NCBI GenBank assembly: GCA_043812915.1
Contig: JBDRLQ010000001.1
Coordinates: 28,019 to 92,018 of the forward strand
Reading direction: 5' to 3'
DNA: 64,000 nt
From: Candidatus Micrarchaeota archaeon
Lineage (GTDB): Archaea > Micrarchaeota > Micrarchaeia > Anstonellales > Bilamarchaeaceae
Positions 19,298-29,084 of the stretch are shown one piece after another; the first letter of the stretch is position 1, and the number at the start of each line of letters is the position of its first letter. The translations under genes and the position numbers were made by a program. The notes beneath the pieces were generated by a model. The model was not told where the DNA came from. It did not search any database and saw only the letters and a list, made by a program, of their open reading frames with translations.

Positions 19298-22102
19298 GTG
19301 TCTAGTAAAAAAGTAAGCGGCACGATAGCGCCGCGCTCCGGCGATCAAACAGGTTCGGCTGCCCCATCTGCAAGGACGCCCGGTGAAAGGCGCATGCCGA
19401 CCACTTCTTCAGAGCCGATATCAAAAGGAGCAGCCGCAGCTGCCCTGGCCATACTTGATGCCGTCGGAGAGGCGGTGATGGCCGTCGACAAAAGATACCT
19501 GATTATCTCATGGAACCGGGCTGCCGAGGAAATGTTCGGCTATTCTAGGGAAGAGGCCATCGGGATGTCCCTCACCCGGCTTATGCCCCCGGATTTCAGG
19601 GCTGAATTCGCACGCGATGTCGGGCCTATGCCTCCTGGCGAATCCATGAGGGTTTTGGGGGAGGATCCCGAAAAGATTGCGCAGAGGGCCGATGGCAGCC
19701 AGTTCTATGTCGAATTATCGGTTTCCGAGAGTGACTGTTTCGGTGGAGATTCGGCATACATAGCGATAATGAGGGATGTTTCCGCGCGCAAGGAGGCGGA
19801 GTCCGCCCTAAAAAGAAGCGAAGAAAAGTACCGGGCGCTCTTTGAGAAATCCCCCGAAGGAATAACCCTTGTCAGCCTTGATGGGAAGATTATCGAGTGC
19901 AATGGGGAGACCGCAAGAATCGCAGGCTCCACTATCGAAGCGCTTGTCAGCATGAATTTCCTGCATGTGGGCGTGCTCCCTCCAGAGGGCCTGCCTGGAT
20001 ATCCGGCCCTGTTCCAGAATCTCCTTGCCGGAGAGCGCCTTGAGCCGTTCGTGACGAATGTCGTCCAGGACGGACAGATGATGTGGCTGGAGATCTCCCT
20101 CTCTGTTGTCGGGGAAGGGAAAGACGCTTCGATACTTGTTATAAGCCGGGATATAACAACCAGGATGGATGCCGAAGACGCCCTGCGCGAGAGCGAGATG
20201 CGCTACCAGCAGTACCTCGACCTGGCTCCCGTGGCCTTTGTCAGCCTTGGCAAGGATGGGCGGATTACTTTCTGCAACCGGAAGGGCGGCGAACTCCTCC
20301 GCTGCAGTCAGGATGGGCTGGCTGGCGAGGATTGGTTCGAAAGCTTTGTTCCTCCAGATGAGCGGGGTGCCGTTCGCGAAGTGTTCGACCAGCTGATGGC
20401 CGGACAGATTGACAGGGCCAGCTATTATGAGAATCATGTCATAGGTCCTGATGGCAGCAGAAAGCTCATCGGATGGCACAACGCTGTCATCACTGGAAGT
20501 GATGGCCAGCCAGTCGGCACACTGAGCTCTGGCCTTGACCTGACGCCCCTTGCCGAGAGCGAGCGGAAGTTCCGGCTTCTTGCGGACCAGCTGCCAGTAC
20601 CTGTTTTCGAGATTTCCAGGGAAGGGGGCTTCACATTCGCAAACAGGGTCGCATTCGAGACCTTCGGCTATCCAAAGGGCGATATTGAAGGGCGCACTCT
20701 CTTTGACATGCTTGACTCTGCTGACCACCCCAAGGTGCACAGGCGCATGGCCAGCATCCTGCAAGGCAGGGGGACATCGAACAATGAGTATACAGCAGTA
20801 ACCCGGGATGGGCGCAGGTTCCCCGTCGCGATATGGTCGGCGCCTATCCATGAGGGTGATGAAATCGTCGGCGTCCGGGGCATCGTTATTGATATGTCCA
20901 CCCAGAAGAAGCTCGAAATGGAGCAGAGCCGGGCTGCCAAGACATCCGCCCTTGAGCAACTTGCCGGGGGAATCGCGCATGATTTCAACAACATCCTTGC
21001 AGGCATTGCCGGATACGCGTCCCTTGTGAAATCCACCCCTGGCCTTGATCCAGCAACTAAAGAGGATTGCGAGCAGATTCAGGTTGGTGTCGATAGGGGC
21101 AAAGACCTCACCGGAAGGCTGGCGGCCTTCTCAAGGGAAGAGGCCCCTGAGAAAAAGATTGTCGAAATCGGCAGCCTCCTCCGCCGCGCAACCAACCATG
21201 CCCTTCCAGGCTCTGGAATCAGGCCCACATTCGACATCCCCGAGGGTCTCTGGCAGGTGAATTGCGACACGGGCCAGATATTCAGGGTGGTCCAAAACCT
21301 TGCTATCAATGCGAGCCATGCATTGGAGGCGGGGAACAATTTGAAAACCTTGAAAATCTCGGCACGGAACGTCACTCTTGAGGACTGCCAGGTCCCTTCC
21401 CCAGAGTGGGCGCTCTCCGGAAGCAAGGGCGCATATCTTTCACCCGGCAGGTATGTCGAGATTACGATACAGGACTCGGGCATCGGCATCCCGGAGGATA
21501 AAATCAGCCACATCTTCGATGCAGGTTTCACCACAAAAGAGACGGGCAAGGGGATGGGGCTGGGCCTATCTACCTCTCTTAGGATTGTCAGGAACCATGA
21601 GGGGGGCATGGTTGTTGAATCGGAGGTGGATGTTGGCACGACTTTCAGGATTTATCTTCCGGCGGCCAGGAACTCCGTGCCAAGCAGCGAGGCTGATGCG
21701 GGCGTTATACGGGGCACAGGAAGGATACTTGTGATGGATGATGAGGAGACTATCCGCAAAGTCTTAAGAAAGCAGCTTGAAGGCCTTGGGTATGAGGCAT
21801 TGTCAGTCTCATGCGGTGATGATGCCCTTGCGGAATATGAGAGGGCCCTGAAAGAAGGCAATCCATTTTCGGCGGTGCTTATGGACCTTACAATCCTGGG
21901 CGGGATGGGAGGCGAAGAAGCCATTCAGTTGCTGCTTGGGATTGATCCTTCTGCGAAAGTGATTGTCTCAAGCGGCTATGCCACCAGTTCTGCAATCAGT
22001 GATTATCAGGCCCTAGGATTCAAAGGCGCGCTTCAAAAGCCATTCAGGCTCGGGGAGCTGTCCGTCGCATTGCATGAAGTTATCAAAGGGAACGGATGCT
22101 GA
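19298..22102 (+). CDS. Hybrid sensor histidine kinase: 4 PAS/PAC + HisKA + HATPase + receiver
   Basis: Four PAS repeats; GGIAHDFNNIL; N, G1 (QDSGIGI), F and G2 (G.GLGLS) boxes; REC with MDDE, MDL, KPF. Start uncertain (GTG 19298 follows TTTATATA). Confidence 0.92.
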   Translation: MSSKKVSGTIAPRSGDQTGSAAPSARTPGERRMPTTSSEPISKGAAAAALAILDAVGEAVMAVDKRYLIISWNRAAEEMFGYSREEAIGMSLTRLMPPDFRAEFARDVGPMPPGESMRVLGEDPEKIAQRADGSQFYVELSVSESDCFGGDSAYIAIMRDVSARKEAESALKRSEEKYRALFEKSPEGITLVSLDGKIIECNGETARIAGSTIEALVSMNFLHVGVLPPEGLPGYPALFQNLLAGERLEPFVTNVVQDGQMMWLEISLSVVGEGKDASILVISRDITTRMDAEDALRESEMRYQQYLDLAPVAFVSLGKDGRITFCNRKGGELLRCSQDGLAGEDWFESFVPPDERGAVREVFDQLMAGQIDRASYYENHVIGPDGSRKLIGWHNAVITGSDGQPVGTLSSGLDLTPLAESERKFRLLADQLPVPVFEISREGGFTFANRVAFETFGYPKGDIEGRTLFDMLDSADHPKVHRRMASILQGRGTSNNEYTAVTRDGRRFPVAIWSAPIHEGDEIVGVRGIVIDMSTQKKLEMEQSRAAKTSALEQLAGGIAHDFNNILAGIAGYASLVKSTPGLDPATKEDCEQIQVGVDRGKDLTGRLAAFSREEAPEKKIVEIGSLLRRATNHALPGSGIRPTFDIPEGLWQVNCDTGQIFRVVQNLAINASHALEAGNNLKTLKISARNVTLEDCQVPSPEWALSGSKGAYLSPGRYVEITIQDSGIGIPEDKISHIFDAGFTTKETGKGMGLGLSTSLRIVRNHEGGMVVESEVDVGTTFRIYLPAARNSVPSSEADAGVIRGTGRILVMDDEETIRKVLRKQLEGLGYEALSVSCGDDALAEYERALKEGNPFSAVLMDLTILGGMGGEEAIQLLLGIDPSAKVIVSSGYATSSAISDYQALGFKGALQKPFRLGELSVALHEVIKGNGC

Positions 22103-22105
22103 GAT

Positions 22106-22882
22106 TCACCTCTTTTTCACGTAGCCATGGGCATAGTCTATCATGTCCGATATCAGCAGCATCACGAAAGCGACAACAAGCGGCACCAGGATGTAGTCCT
22201 CGAACCATTCGCGCCCCTGGTTTTTCCTGTGGGCAACACCATCAATGGAGTAGAGCGCAAAGTCCACATGGTCGCTTCTGGCGACATTCGTCCCGCCATA
22301 GGTCTGGACCACGACCTGGTTATCGTCCGGCGCGTAATGCCCATGGATTCCCTGGGGCAGGACCGAATACAGCCCTTCAAAGGAGTAGTTCTCCCCAAGA
22401 TTTATCTCGAGGGAGATTTCAGTTTTGTTGAAGAAGTTGAACCTGAAATTCCCATTGGGCAGCATCCTGCCCCCGTCAAACACAACCTTCATCTCAGAAG
22501 GCGCGGCAAGCACAACTTTGCACACGCTCTCCTCTTCAATCTCAGCGCAGTAGCTCTTGCCTCCTGCAAGCACCTCGAATCTCTCAGTGCCGTGCATGTA
22601 ATAAGTGCCTTTCTGCAGGTAGGTTGTCAGTTCATACCTCTGCTTCTGGAAGTCGAAATCCGCGTCAACCCCCCCGAGCTGCCCTGAGCCCTCAAGATTG
22701 AACATGTACGTCCTGAAATGCAGCATCTCGTTCGCTTCCCCCAGGTTCATCGAGAGCAAAATTATCACTGCGGAGAGGACCAGGAGCGTAATAATCCTGA
22801 AATGCTTCTTTAGAACTTTTTTTATTCCGGCCACGCAGGAATAACTCTTACTGAAATAAAAAGCTTTTCTTGGCCCGGGCAA
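22106..22882 (-). CDS. Hypothetical membrane protein (N- and C-terminal TM)
   Basis: Hydrophobic segments at both ends; true start uncertain. Confidence 0.55.
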   Translation of the reverse strand: MPGPRKAFYFSKSYSCVAGIKKVLKKHFRIITLLVLSAVIILLSMNLGEANEMLHFRTYMFNLEGSGQLGGVDADFDFQKQRYELTTYLQKGTYYMHGTERFEVLAGGKSYCAEIEEESVCKVVLAAPSEMKVVFDGGRMLPNGNFRFNFFNKTEISLEINLGENYSFEGLYSVLPQGIHGHYAPDDNQVVVQTYGGTNVARSDHVDFALYSIDGVAHRKNQGREWFEDYILVPLVVAFVMLLISDMIDYAHGYVKKR

Positions 22883-22929
22883 TGGAATAATGAAAAAAGA
22901 AGATTGGAAAAAAATATCAGGAGGGCGGA

Positions 22930-23124
22930 CTATCTGCCCCTCGAATGGATGAACGCTCCTCCGACAAGCAGCACAAGAACTGCGGCCGGGCCGCAGCAGC
23001 AGCTTCCGTAGTCGTCACTATAGTAACCATCGTCATAGTAATAGTCGTCATCGTAGTACTCTGCAAATGCCGGCATCGCGAGCAGCAATACTGCCATGGC
23101 AAGTACCAATAGCGTTTTGTTCAT
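22930..23124 (-). CDS. Tiny secreted Tyr/Asp-rich protein with CGP-CTERM-like anchor
   Basis: Signal peptide MNKTLLVLAMAVLLLAMPAFA, EYYDDDYYYDDGYYSDDYGS, CCCGP-TM-RGR; GAGG upstream. Confidence 0.7.
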   Translation of the reverse strand: MNKTLLVLAMAVLLLAMPAFAEYYDDDYYYDDGYYSDDYGSCCCGPAAVLVLLVGGAFIHSRGR

Positions 23125-23213
23125 AATATCAATCCTCGTTGGTTTGACTTCTCCAATAACTTTTAAAAAGATGGGCACTACCGCTTCAGGCGTATGGCGC
23201 CCAAGGAAGATGC

Positions 23214-23414
23214 CTAATCCTTGGCACCCATCCCTATGATTGAAAGCGCTGTGCCCATGCCAATCATGCCGGCCCCGCCGACCATCATCGCGCTGCTGGG
23301 CAGGCCCGGCGGAAGAAGCCCGGAGCCCTCGGGAACAAAAGCGGCCCCCGCCATCGCTCCGCCAGCTCCGATAAGACCGAATCCAAGAGATTGTGTGCTT
23401 ATGAACCCACCCAT
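23214..23414 (-). CDS. Small Gly/Ala-rich hydrophobic hairpin protein
   Basis: AGGTGA RBS and TTTATATA upstream; two hydrophobic glycine-zipper-like segments. Confidence 0.6.
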   Translation of the reverse strand: MGGFISTQSLGFGLIGAGGAMAGAAFVPEGSGLLPPGLPSSAMMVGGAGMIGMGTALSIIGMGAKD

Positions 23415-23476
23415 TGTATCACCTGCATGTCCTTATCCTTTGAACGTATATAAAGATTTGTCTGCAATATCTGGGC

Positions 23477-23884
23477 ATGAAAAATTTCATTATTTCCGGA
23501 CTTCTCTCTGGATTGGCGATTGCGATAGTGTGGATTCTCTCCAACATCGTCATCGGATTGATTTTTCCATACAGCATCATGGACCTTGGGGGCATGAGGC
23601 CGATGGAAGACCCTCTTATGGCCGTTTCATTCCTGTACCCATGGGTGCTCGGGTTTGCAATGAGCTACATATTCCCATTCGTCCGCCCTGAGGGCAAGGA
23701 TGCACTTCAGAAAGGCCTGTGTTTCGGCGGCCTGATGTGGCTTGTGGCCCTTCTCCCATCGGCGTTTCTGGTGTACACCAGCATGGTATACCCCATCGGT
23801 TTCACCGTCGAGCAGATGCTCGGAGGGGCGGCCTACATGCTCGCCGGAGGAGTGACAATAGCCATGCTGCGCAGCAAGAAGTGA
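23477..23884 (+). CDS. Four-TM membrane protein
   Basis: Hydrophobic pattern; TATATAAA ~25 nt upstream. Confidence 0.75.
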   Translation: MKNFIISGLLSGLAIAIVWILSNIVIGLIFPYSIMDLGGMRPMEDPLMAVSFLYPWVLGFAMSYIFPFVRPEGKDALQKGLCFGGLMWLVALLPSAFLVYTSMVYPIGFTVEQMLGGAAYMLAGGVTIAMLRSKK

Positions 23885-23950
23885 CCTGCGCCCTTTTTCA
23901 TTTTTCCAGAATCGCAACACATATTTAATTGTTCGAGAACTATCCAAGCC

Positions 23951-25606
23951 ATGAGATTCATCTTTTTCGCAATATCGCTTGCTCTGGTTTTCGGCTGCCT
24001 TACTCAGCCTGCGGTCCCATCCGGGGACGAGGAGCCCGATATCATCGTCGGCAATGATGCCGACCCGCATGGCTGCAGGCAATCAGCGGGCTATTCCTGG
24101 TGTGAATACACTCAGGGGTGCTACCGCCAGTGGGAGGAGAACTGCACTTCCCCTGATGAGCTTTCAGCCGAGGCCGAGCGCCTCTATGAAGGGCTCTATC
24201 TCACCCGCTCGCATGAGCTATATTCGCAGGCACGGAAGGGATACCTGCTTGCCGGAAACAACAAGGCCGCAAGGCAGGCCATGTTCCGGATGTTCAGCAT
24301 CGAGCATATCCTCCTAGAGATGAATCTGGATGAAGGGGAGGCAAAAGCCCTTGTCGCGGGCAATGTCACCAACGCCACAAGCGCCCAGGTGGATGCCTGG
24401 CTAGGTGACCCGAGGACAATCATCTTCAATATAGACGGGGAGCCTGCATATTTCCAGGATGTCGCCAAGGACGTGGCCTTCCAGAATCCCAACCTCCTGC
24501 GGGAGTACGCCAGGAGAACAGGAATCAATGCATTCTACGAGAACCTGGAGCCCGTCGTATTCAATGAGACCCCCCGCAGCTGCGGCAACTGCTCCTTCCT
24601 GGCAATGCCAATCAACTACTCCGGCACGGCCACCCTAAACCTGGAGCGCTCTGAGCTTCCAGAAACCGGCGTGCTGAAGCTCTGGCTCCCGCTTCCAATA
24701 GAAACACCATCACAGAAAGAAGTCGAAATCCTCTCGATTACTCCTGGGGAATACCTTGCCCGGGAGCCCGATACAAATGCGGATATCGGCATAGCATATT
24801 TCGAGGTTCCGCTTGATTCCCTGGATGGGGACCTGAACATCACAATCATCTTCAGGTACACTGCCTATGAGGTAAGGGGTGCAGTGGATCCCGGGCGGGT
24901 TGGCGAATATGATGTCGAGAGCGAATTATACCAGAGATACACCAGCCCCTCGGCAAATATCGCGCTCACTCCGCAAACCAGGGAGCTTGCGATGCAGGTT
25001 GTCGGGAACGAGATCAATCCCTACCTCAAGGCGCAGAAGCTCTACTGGTTCGTGGTGAACGGCACTACTTATGATTTCATGCCGCACATAACAATGCATG
25101 AGCTTGGAATCCCGGAATCCGAGTATGTTCGGGAGCACAAGATTGGCGACTGTGGAAGCCAGAGCATGTTCTTCGCCGCCCTCTGCCGCTCTGTCGGGAT
25201 TCCGGCAAGGGCAATTGGCGGCTACCAGCTCATTACCGGAGCTACCGGCTCGCACTTCTGGGCAGAATTCTACATCCCGGGCTATGGCTGGCTCCCTGCG
25301 GATGTGACGGTGGCGGAAGTTTCCGAATGGTGGTATGGGGTTCCTGAGGACAAGGTTATGCAGTACAAGGCCTTCTATTTCGGCAACAACGACGCCTTCA
25401 GGTTCATCATCCAGAATGATGTTGACATCCCCTTTGCGCCAGAGCCGGAGGAGCGCATCACGTTCCCGATGGTTATCCAGAGCCCGGCTGCGGTGTGCGA
25501 GAGCGCGGACTTCGATATCGGCCTGGTTGTGGCTGAGGAGTTCTCGGTGGAAGTGCTGCCCGAGGAAGAGGGCCCTGATGCAAACCCGGCCCACAATCCC
25601 TGGTGA
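23951..25606 (+). CDS. Transglutaminase-like domain lipoprotein
   Basis: Lipobox VFGC; Cys-rich G.D.D.HGC..SAGYSWC module; KLWLPLP; GDCG, HFWAEFY, WLPADVT triad. Confidence 0.88.
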   Translation: MRFIFFAISLALVFGCLTQPAVPSGDEEPDIIVGNDADPHGCRQSAGYSWCEYTQGCYRQWEENCTSPDELSAEAERLYEGLYLTRSHELYSQARKGYLLAGNNKAARQAMFRMFSIEHILLEMNLDEGEAKALVAGNVTNATSAQVDAWLGDPRTIIFNIDGEPAYFQDVAKDVAFQNPNLLREYARRTGINAFYENLEPVVFNETPRSCGNCSFLAMPINYSGTATLNLERSELPETGVLKLWLPLPIETPSQKEVEILSITPGEYLAREPDTNADIGIAYFEVPLDSLDGDLNITIIFRYTAYEVRGAVDPGRVGEYDVESELYQRYTSPSANIALTPQTRELAMQVVGNEINPYLKAQKLYWFVVNGTTYDFMPHITMHELGIPESEYVREHKIGDCGSQSMFFAALCRSVGIPARAIGGYQLITGATGSHFWAEFYIPGYGWLPADVTVAEVSEWWYGVPEDKVMQYKAFYFGNNDAFRFIIQNDVDIPFAPEPEERITFPMVIQSPAAVCESADFDIGLVVAEEFSVEVLPEEEGPDANPAHNPW

Positions 25607-27097
25607 TTACCCTCTTCTGAAGAATAGGAGGGCCGCCAGGGAGAAAATGAGGATTGCGCCAACGCATCCCCCCTCTCCAGCGGGCGTGTCACCGTAGGTA
25701 ACCGGAGCGGTCACCTCCCCCCCTTCCTCAAAGCTGAGCATCTCCGCCGAGCTTGCGTAATCAATGCTCTCCCGCGTTGGGCTCAGGCCCGGATATAGGT
25801 AAAGATGCTGGCCGCGGCCCACATCCGCCGAATCCTCAGGCGCCACAATAAGCCCTGATTCCACCGTCCCCTCAAGGACTATAAGCGTTTCAGGCTGGCC
25901 CTCATTCTCCGGCACAATCACCTTGAATCTCGTTCCCTTGACCAGGTATTCGCCGAGCCTTCCGAAGACAGTGAAATCCTTGTTAACATCCACTTCAACT
26001 GCTCCTTTGTGCAGGTGTATGGCATCCTTGAAGAACTGTATCCTGAAAGGGCCCTTGAGAAGAATGGTCGTCCCGTCGCTGTAAATGCCGGTGACGCTTC
26101 CGGTCCCGGAGACCTCGAAGGTGTCCCCTTCCTTTGCCTTGTACTCATTGAAGCCTTCCACCCAGTCGCTTCCGATAATCTCCCCGGTCCTCCACAAGGT
26201 GACATGCCCTTTCTTGAACAGGAGGTTTATCAGCTTCGGCGACGCATAAACGGTGATTGTGTCAGTCCCAAGCCTCCTGCCCGCTGAATCATAAGCTGTG
26301 GCGGTGATGTAATTCGGCCTGCCCTCATCAATCCTGATTTCATCCAGGCTGAATCTGCCTGAATCTGGATTGAACTGCGCCTGCTGGGAGAATCCGAGCG
26401 TGGTGGTTACCATCAGCCTGCTCACGGCGTATCCTTCCCTGATGGAAACAGAACCTGAAACCGGGTATAGCGCGTATCCAGAAGACCCTGGATCATAAGT
26501 CTGCCCGTCAGCTGGCTCGTCAATGTTGACGCCCAGCGGATCCGCGTCCTCGCAGTTGGTGCCGGCAGAGTTGCATTTCCACACGCACTGACCCTTCGTG
26601 TACCCGCATATATAGCCCTCGGAAGTGGTATTGTCCTCCATGCATCTCCCGTCATAATAGAATGTTGGCAGGCTGCTTTCATACCTGCATACGCTAGGGC
26701 AGGAAATTCCGTAGCAGGGGCCTTTGGGCTCTTCCTCCTCTTCAGGAGGTTCAGCCGGAGGAGACCCGTCTGAGAATGGTGAAGGCGAGCCGCTCCAGTA
26801 CTGCCCGCATTCGTTCATGCAGGTGCCCATGCACCTGGCGATTTTCTCCCTGCTGAATCCGCTTCCCTGCTCCCCTGCATACTGCAGGCAGGCGATGTCA
26901 TCCTGCCCCTTAATCGAGCCGAGGAAAAGCAGCATGCAGCCGGATTGCTGTTGGCATTCATTGACTTTTCCTGGAAGAAGCTCTGCCAGCAAGCCGCCAT
27001 TTTCAAAGCAGCAATCGTTCATGCATGCATCAAGGCACTGCGAAAAACCCGAGCCCGAAAGAACAAGGAAAACCAACCCGATTGATATGGAGCGCAT
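25607..27097 (-). CDS. Secreted Cys-rich protein with Ig-like and FecR-like regions and C-terminal Cys-TM anchor
   Basis: Signal peptide, many Cys, SDGT..L/L.KG.V/VKGT.F.V/VLEG.V FecR-like pattern, GGCVGAILIFSLAALLFFRRG. Confidence 0.7.
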   Translation of the reverse strand: MRSISIGLVFLVLSGSGFSQCLDACMNDCCFENGGLLAELLPGKVNECQQQSGCMLLFLGSIKGQDDIACLQYAGEQGSGFSREKIARCMGTCMNECGQYWSGSPSPFSDGSPPAEPPEEEEEPKGPCYGISCPSVCRYESSLPTFYYDGRCMEDNTTSEGYICGYTKGQCVWKCNSAGTNCEDADPLGVNIDEPADGQTYDPGSSGYALYPVSGSVSIREGYAVSRLMVTTTLGFSQQAQFNPDSGRFSLDEIRIDEGRPNYITATAYDSAGRRLGTDTITVYASPKLINLLFKKGHVTLWRTGEIIGSDWVEGFNEYKAKEGDTFEVSGTGSVTGIYSDGTTILLKGPFRIQFFKDAIHLHKGAVEVDVNKDFTVFGRLGEYLVKGTRFKVIVPENEGQPETLIVLEGTVESGLIVAPEDSADVGRGQHLYLYPGLSPTRESIDYASSAEMLSFEEGGEVTAPVTYGDTPAGEGGCVGAILIFSLAALLFFRRG

Positions 27098-27182
27098 GGA
27101 ATGATTTGGAATATCCGGTTTAATAGCCTTGCGACGAATCAAAAAAGGCTAGCGCTTCATGAAGCGCATGGACCAGCCAAGC

Positions 27183-27779
27183 CTACTGCTCACAGCCTTT
27201 CTTGCAATCATCCTCTTCTTCATAGCAGTCCAGGAAGCAGCCGTCCTTCTTCTTTTTAGCCGCGTCCTCGCACCAGTAATGTTCATCAGATCCAGGAGTA
27301 TGTGATGCGAGGCAATCTGCCTCCTCGGCTTTCATAGTGTTGTAGCATGCTTCCTTGCATGATGATTCGGTTGCTGCGCAGCCCTCCCTGCATTTTTTTA
27401 CTGCGCCGCTGGCTCTCCAGTCCGATATAATATCCTCGATGGCCCTGCCGGTCTGGTCTCCGGTGACTTTGATGATGCAACCGTATTTTGCAGCTTCATC
27501 TGAACTAAAGTCACAGTATTTCAGGCTCCTTTTGTTCGATGCGTATTCCCCCACGCAATGGTTCCTGTCAGCCGCCTGCAGGCACACTTCAGGGCTTTCC
27601 ATCTTGCTGGCCACTTCGGCGAAACATTCGTTGACATCTTCCTTTTCCTCAAGCTCATTGCACAGCGCGGGGTTGTTGCTGCCCACTGCCGCATCTATCT
27701 TTTCACTGACTGGGCTTGTGCAGCCATTCAGCAGCAACAACGCAAAAAATATCGATATGATAAGAATCCTGGATTTCAT
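27183..27779 (-). CDS. Cys-rich lipoprotein
   Basis: Lipobox LLLNGC; repeated Cx3C and C-x(n)-C helical motifs. Confidence 0.75.
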   Translation of the reverse strand: MKSRILIISIFFALLLLNGCTSPVSEKIDAAVGSNNPALCNELEEKEDVNECFAEVASKMESPEVCLQAADRNHCVGEYASNKRSLKYCDFSSDEAAKYGCIIKVTGDQTGRAIEDIISDWRASGAVKKCREGCAATESSCKEACYNTMKAEEADCLASHTPGSDEHYWCEDAAKKKKDGCFLDCYEEEDDCKKGCEQ

Positions 27780-27851
27780 AATCCAGAATCTGCAATTTGG
27801 GTTTTAATCCCTTTCCATCATTCCGGCCCGTGGGCAGGTAGGATTACTAGG

Positions 27852-27862
27852 TCAGACCGCAC
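27852..27862. repeat. 11-bp direct repeat copy 1 (TCAGACCGCAC)
   Basis: Identical to 29594-29604; the two copies bracket an AT-rich segment. Confidence 0.6.
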
Positions 27863-27911
27863 ATAAGCGAGGTTTTGTGTGTAGTTGCGCTCGTTAAGCA
27901 GTCATTTCGAC

Positions 27912-28886
27912 TCATTTCCATTTTTTGTTTTGTCTTATTATCTCTTTTACCAGAAACAACACAAATGGCTTGTAATTTTCTGTGTTGCCTGCTGCCTGTG
28001 TTTTCATATAACTTGCTCTTTTTCTCAATGGAATATTAGTAAATGGAAGTTTATTTATCTGAAGTATGTAATTCATCAATAAGCGTGCCATTCGACCATT
28101 TCCATCAGCAAAAGGATGAATAGTAGTAAATTTTGTGTGGAATTTTGCTGCAAGCTCTGCAGGATGTGTCAGGTGTTTATTTTCATTATACCAGGCAATC
28201 AATTCTTCCATAAGTCTGGGCACTTCTCTGTGATGCGGAAAAACATGATCTGAGCCACGGATCCTCACATTGACAGGTCTCCATACACCACAATATTGTT
28301 CATATCCTTCTATTTTTGAAAGTAATGTGCAATGAAACCTCAGAATCATTTCCAAACTCAAATCTTTTTTATGTTTGAACAGTTTTTCATATATCTCAAG
28401 GCATTTGTTTAAGTTGAGCGCTTCCTGTTCTTCCCTACCCATACCTGTGATTATGGCCCCGCGTTTTTGCAATATCTCTATCCTTTTTTGATCAGCAAGA
28501 ACACGCTCTGTAAGCCAATAGTCCAGAGTAGAACCTTCAATTGCATTAGAATCAGTGATAAAAGTTATCCTTTCTCTTTCCATAAATTCAATTTTTTGTG
28601 TAGATGTCAGTGATTTCAAGAACGATACTTTGTTTCTGGTTGCATTTTCTATTTTTGTTGTCATATTCCTTGTCAGAAACTCTGTGAAGGGCGGAACAAT
28701 GCCACGGATTCCTTTTTTTGTTAGTCTGCTCCTGAATTTTTCATAGGTGCCTGCTAATCTTTCATTATCTGGAAGCTCTGCTCCAAGGTAAACGCTTTCT
28801 TTAATCCATTTGTTGCCATGTTTCACTGATTCTTCAAGATAATAATATTTCTTTCCCTTTACCCTGCGGGTAGTGATATGTGACAT
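27912..28886 (-). CDS. Fic-domain protein (class II-like)
   Basis: HPFADGNGRMARL catalytic motif; SNAIEG inhibitory-type motif; start at MSHITT. Confidence 0.93.
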   Translation of the reverse strand: MSHITTRRVKGKKYYYLEESVKHGNKWIKESVYLGAELPDNERLAGTYEKFRSRLTKKGIRGIVPPFTEFLTRNMTTKIENATRNKVSFLKSLTSTQKIEFMERERITFITDSNAIEGSTLDYWLTERVLADQKRIEILQKRGAIITGMGREEQEALNLNKCLEIYEKLFKHKKDLSLEMILRFHCTLLSKIEGYEQYCGVWRPVNVRIRGSDHVFPHHREVPRLMEELIAWYNENKHLTHPAELAAKFHTKFTTIHPFADGNGRMARLLMNYILQINKLPFTNIPLRKRASYMKTQAAGNTENYKPFVLFLVKEIIRQNKKWK

Positions 28887-29084
28887 ATAGTTATCACTGA
28901 AATAAGCTATAAATAATTTTCGGTGATAACTAGTTATCACTGGTTTTATTCTTATCCAAGTTTCAGTTATAACCCAAACCTGCACGTGTACAAGGTTTTG
29001 CTATTGATTGCGCTCTTTGGGCAGGTATTTCAAACCATTATCCAATATGATAATTATAACCTACTTTTCAATCAAACAACAAAC

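Noticed and set aside
27152..27167. 16-bp perfect palindrome GCGCTTCATGAAGCGC
   Set aside because: Single copy; could be an operator or terminator but nothing else supports it
27841..27912. Possible third C/D sRNA ending in GUGCGGU-CUGA
   Set aside because: No credible C, C' or D' boxes; better explained as the duplicated 11-mer
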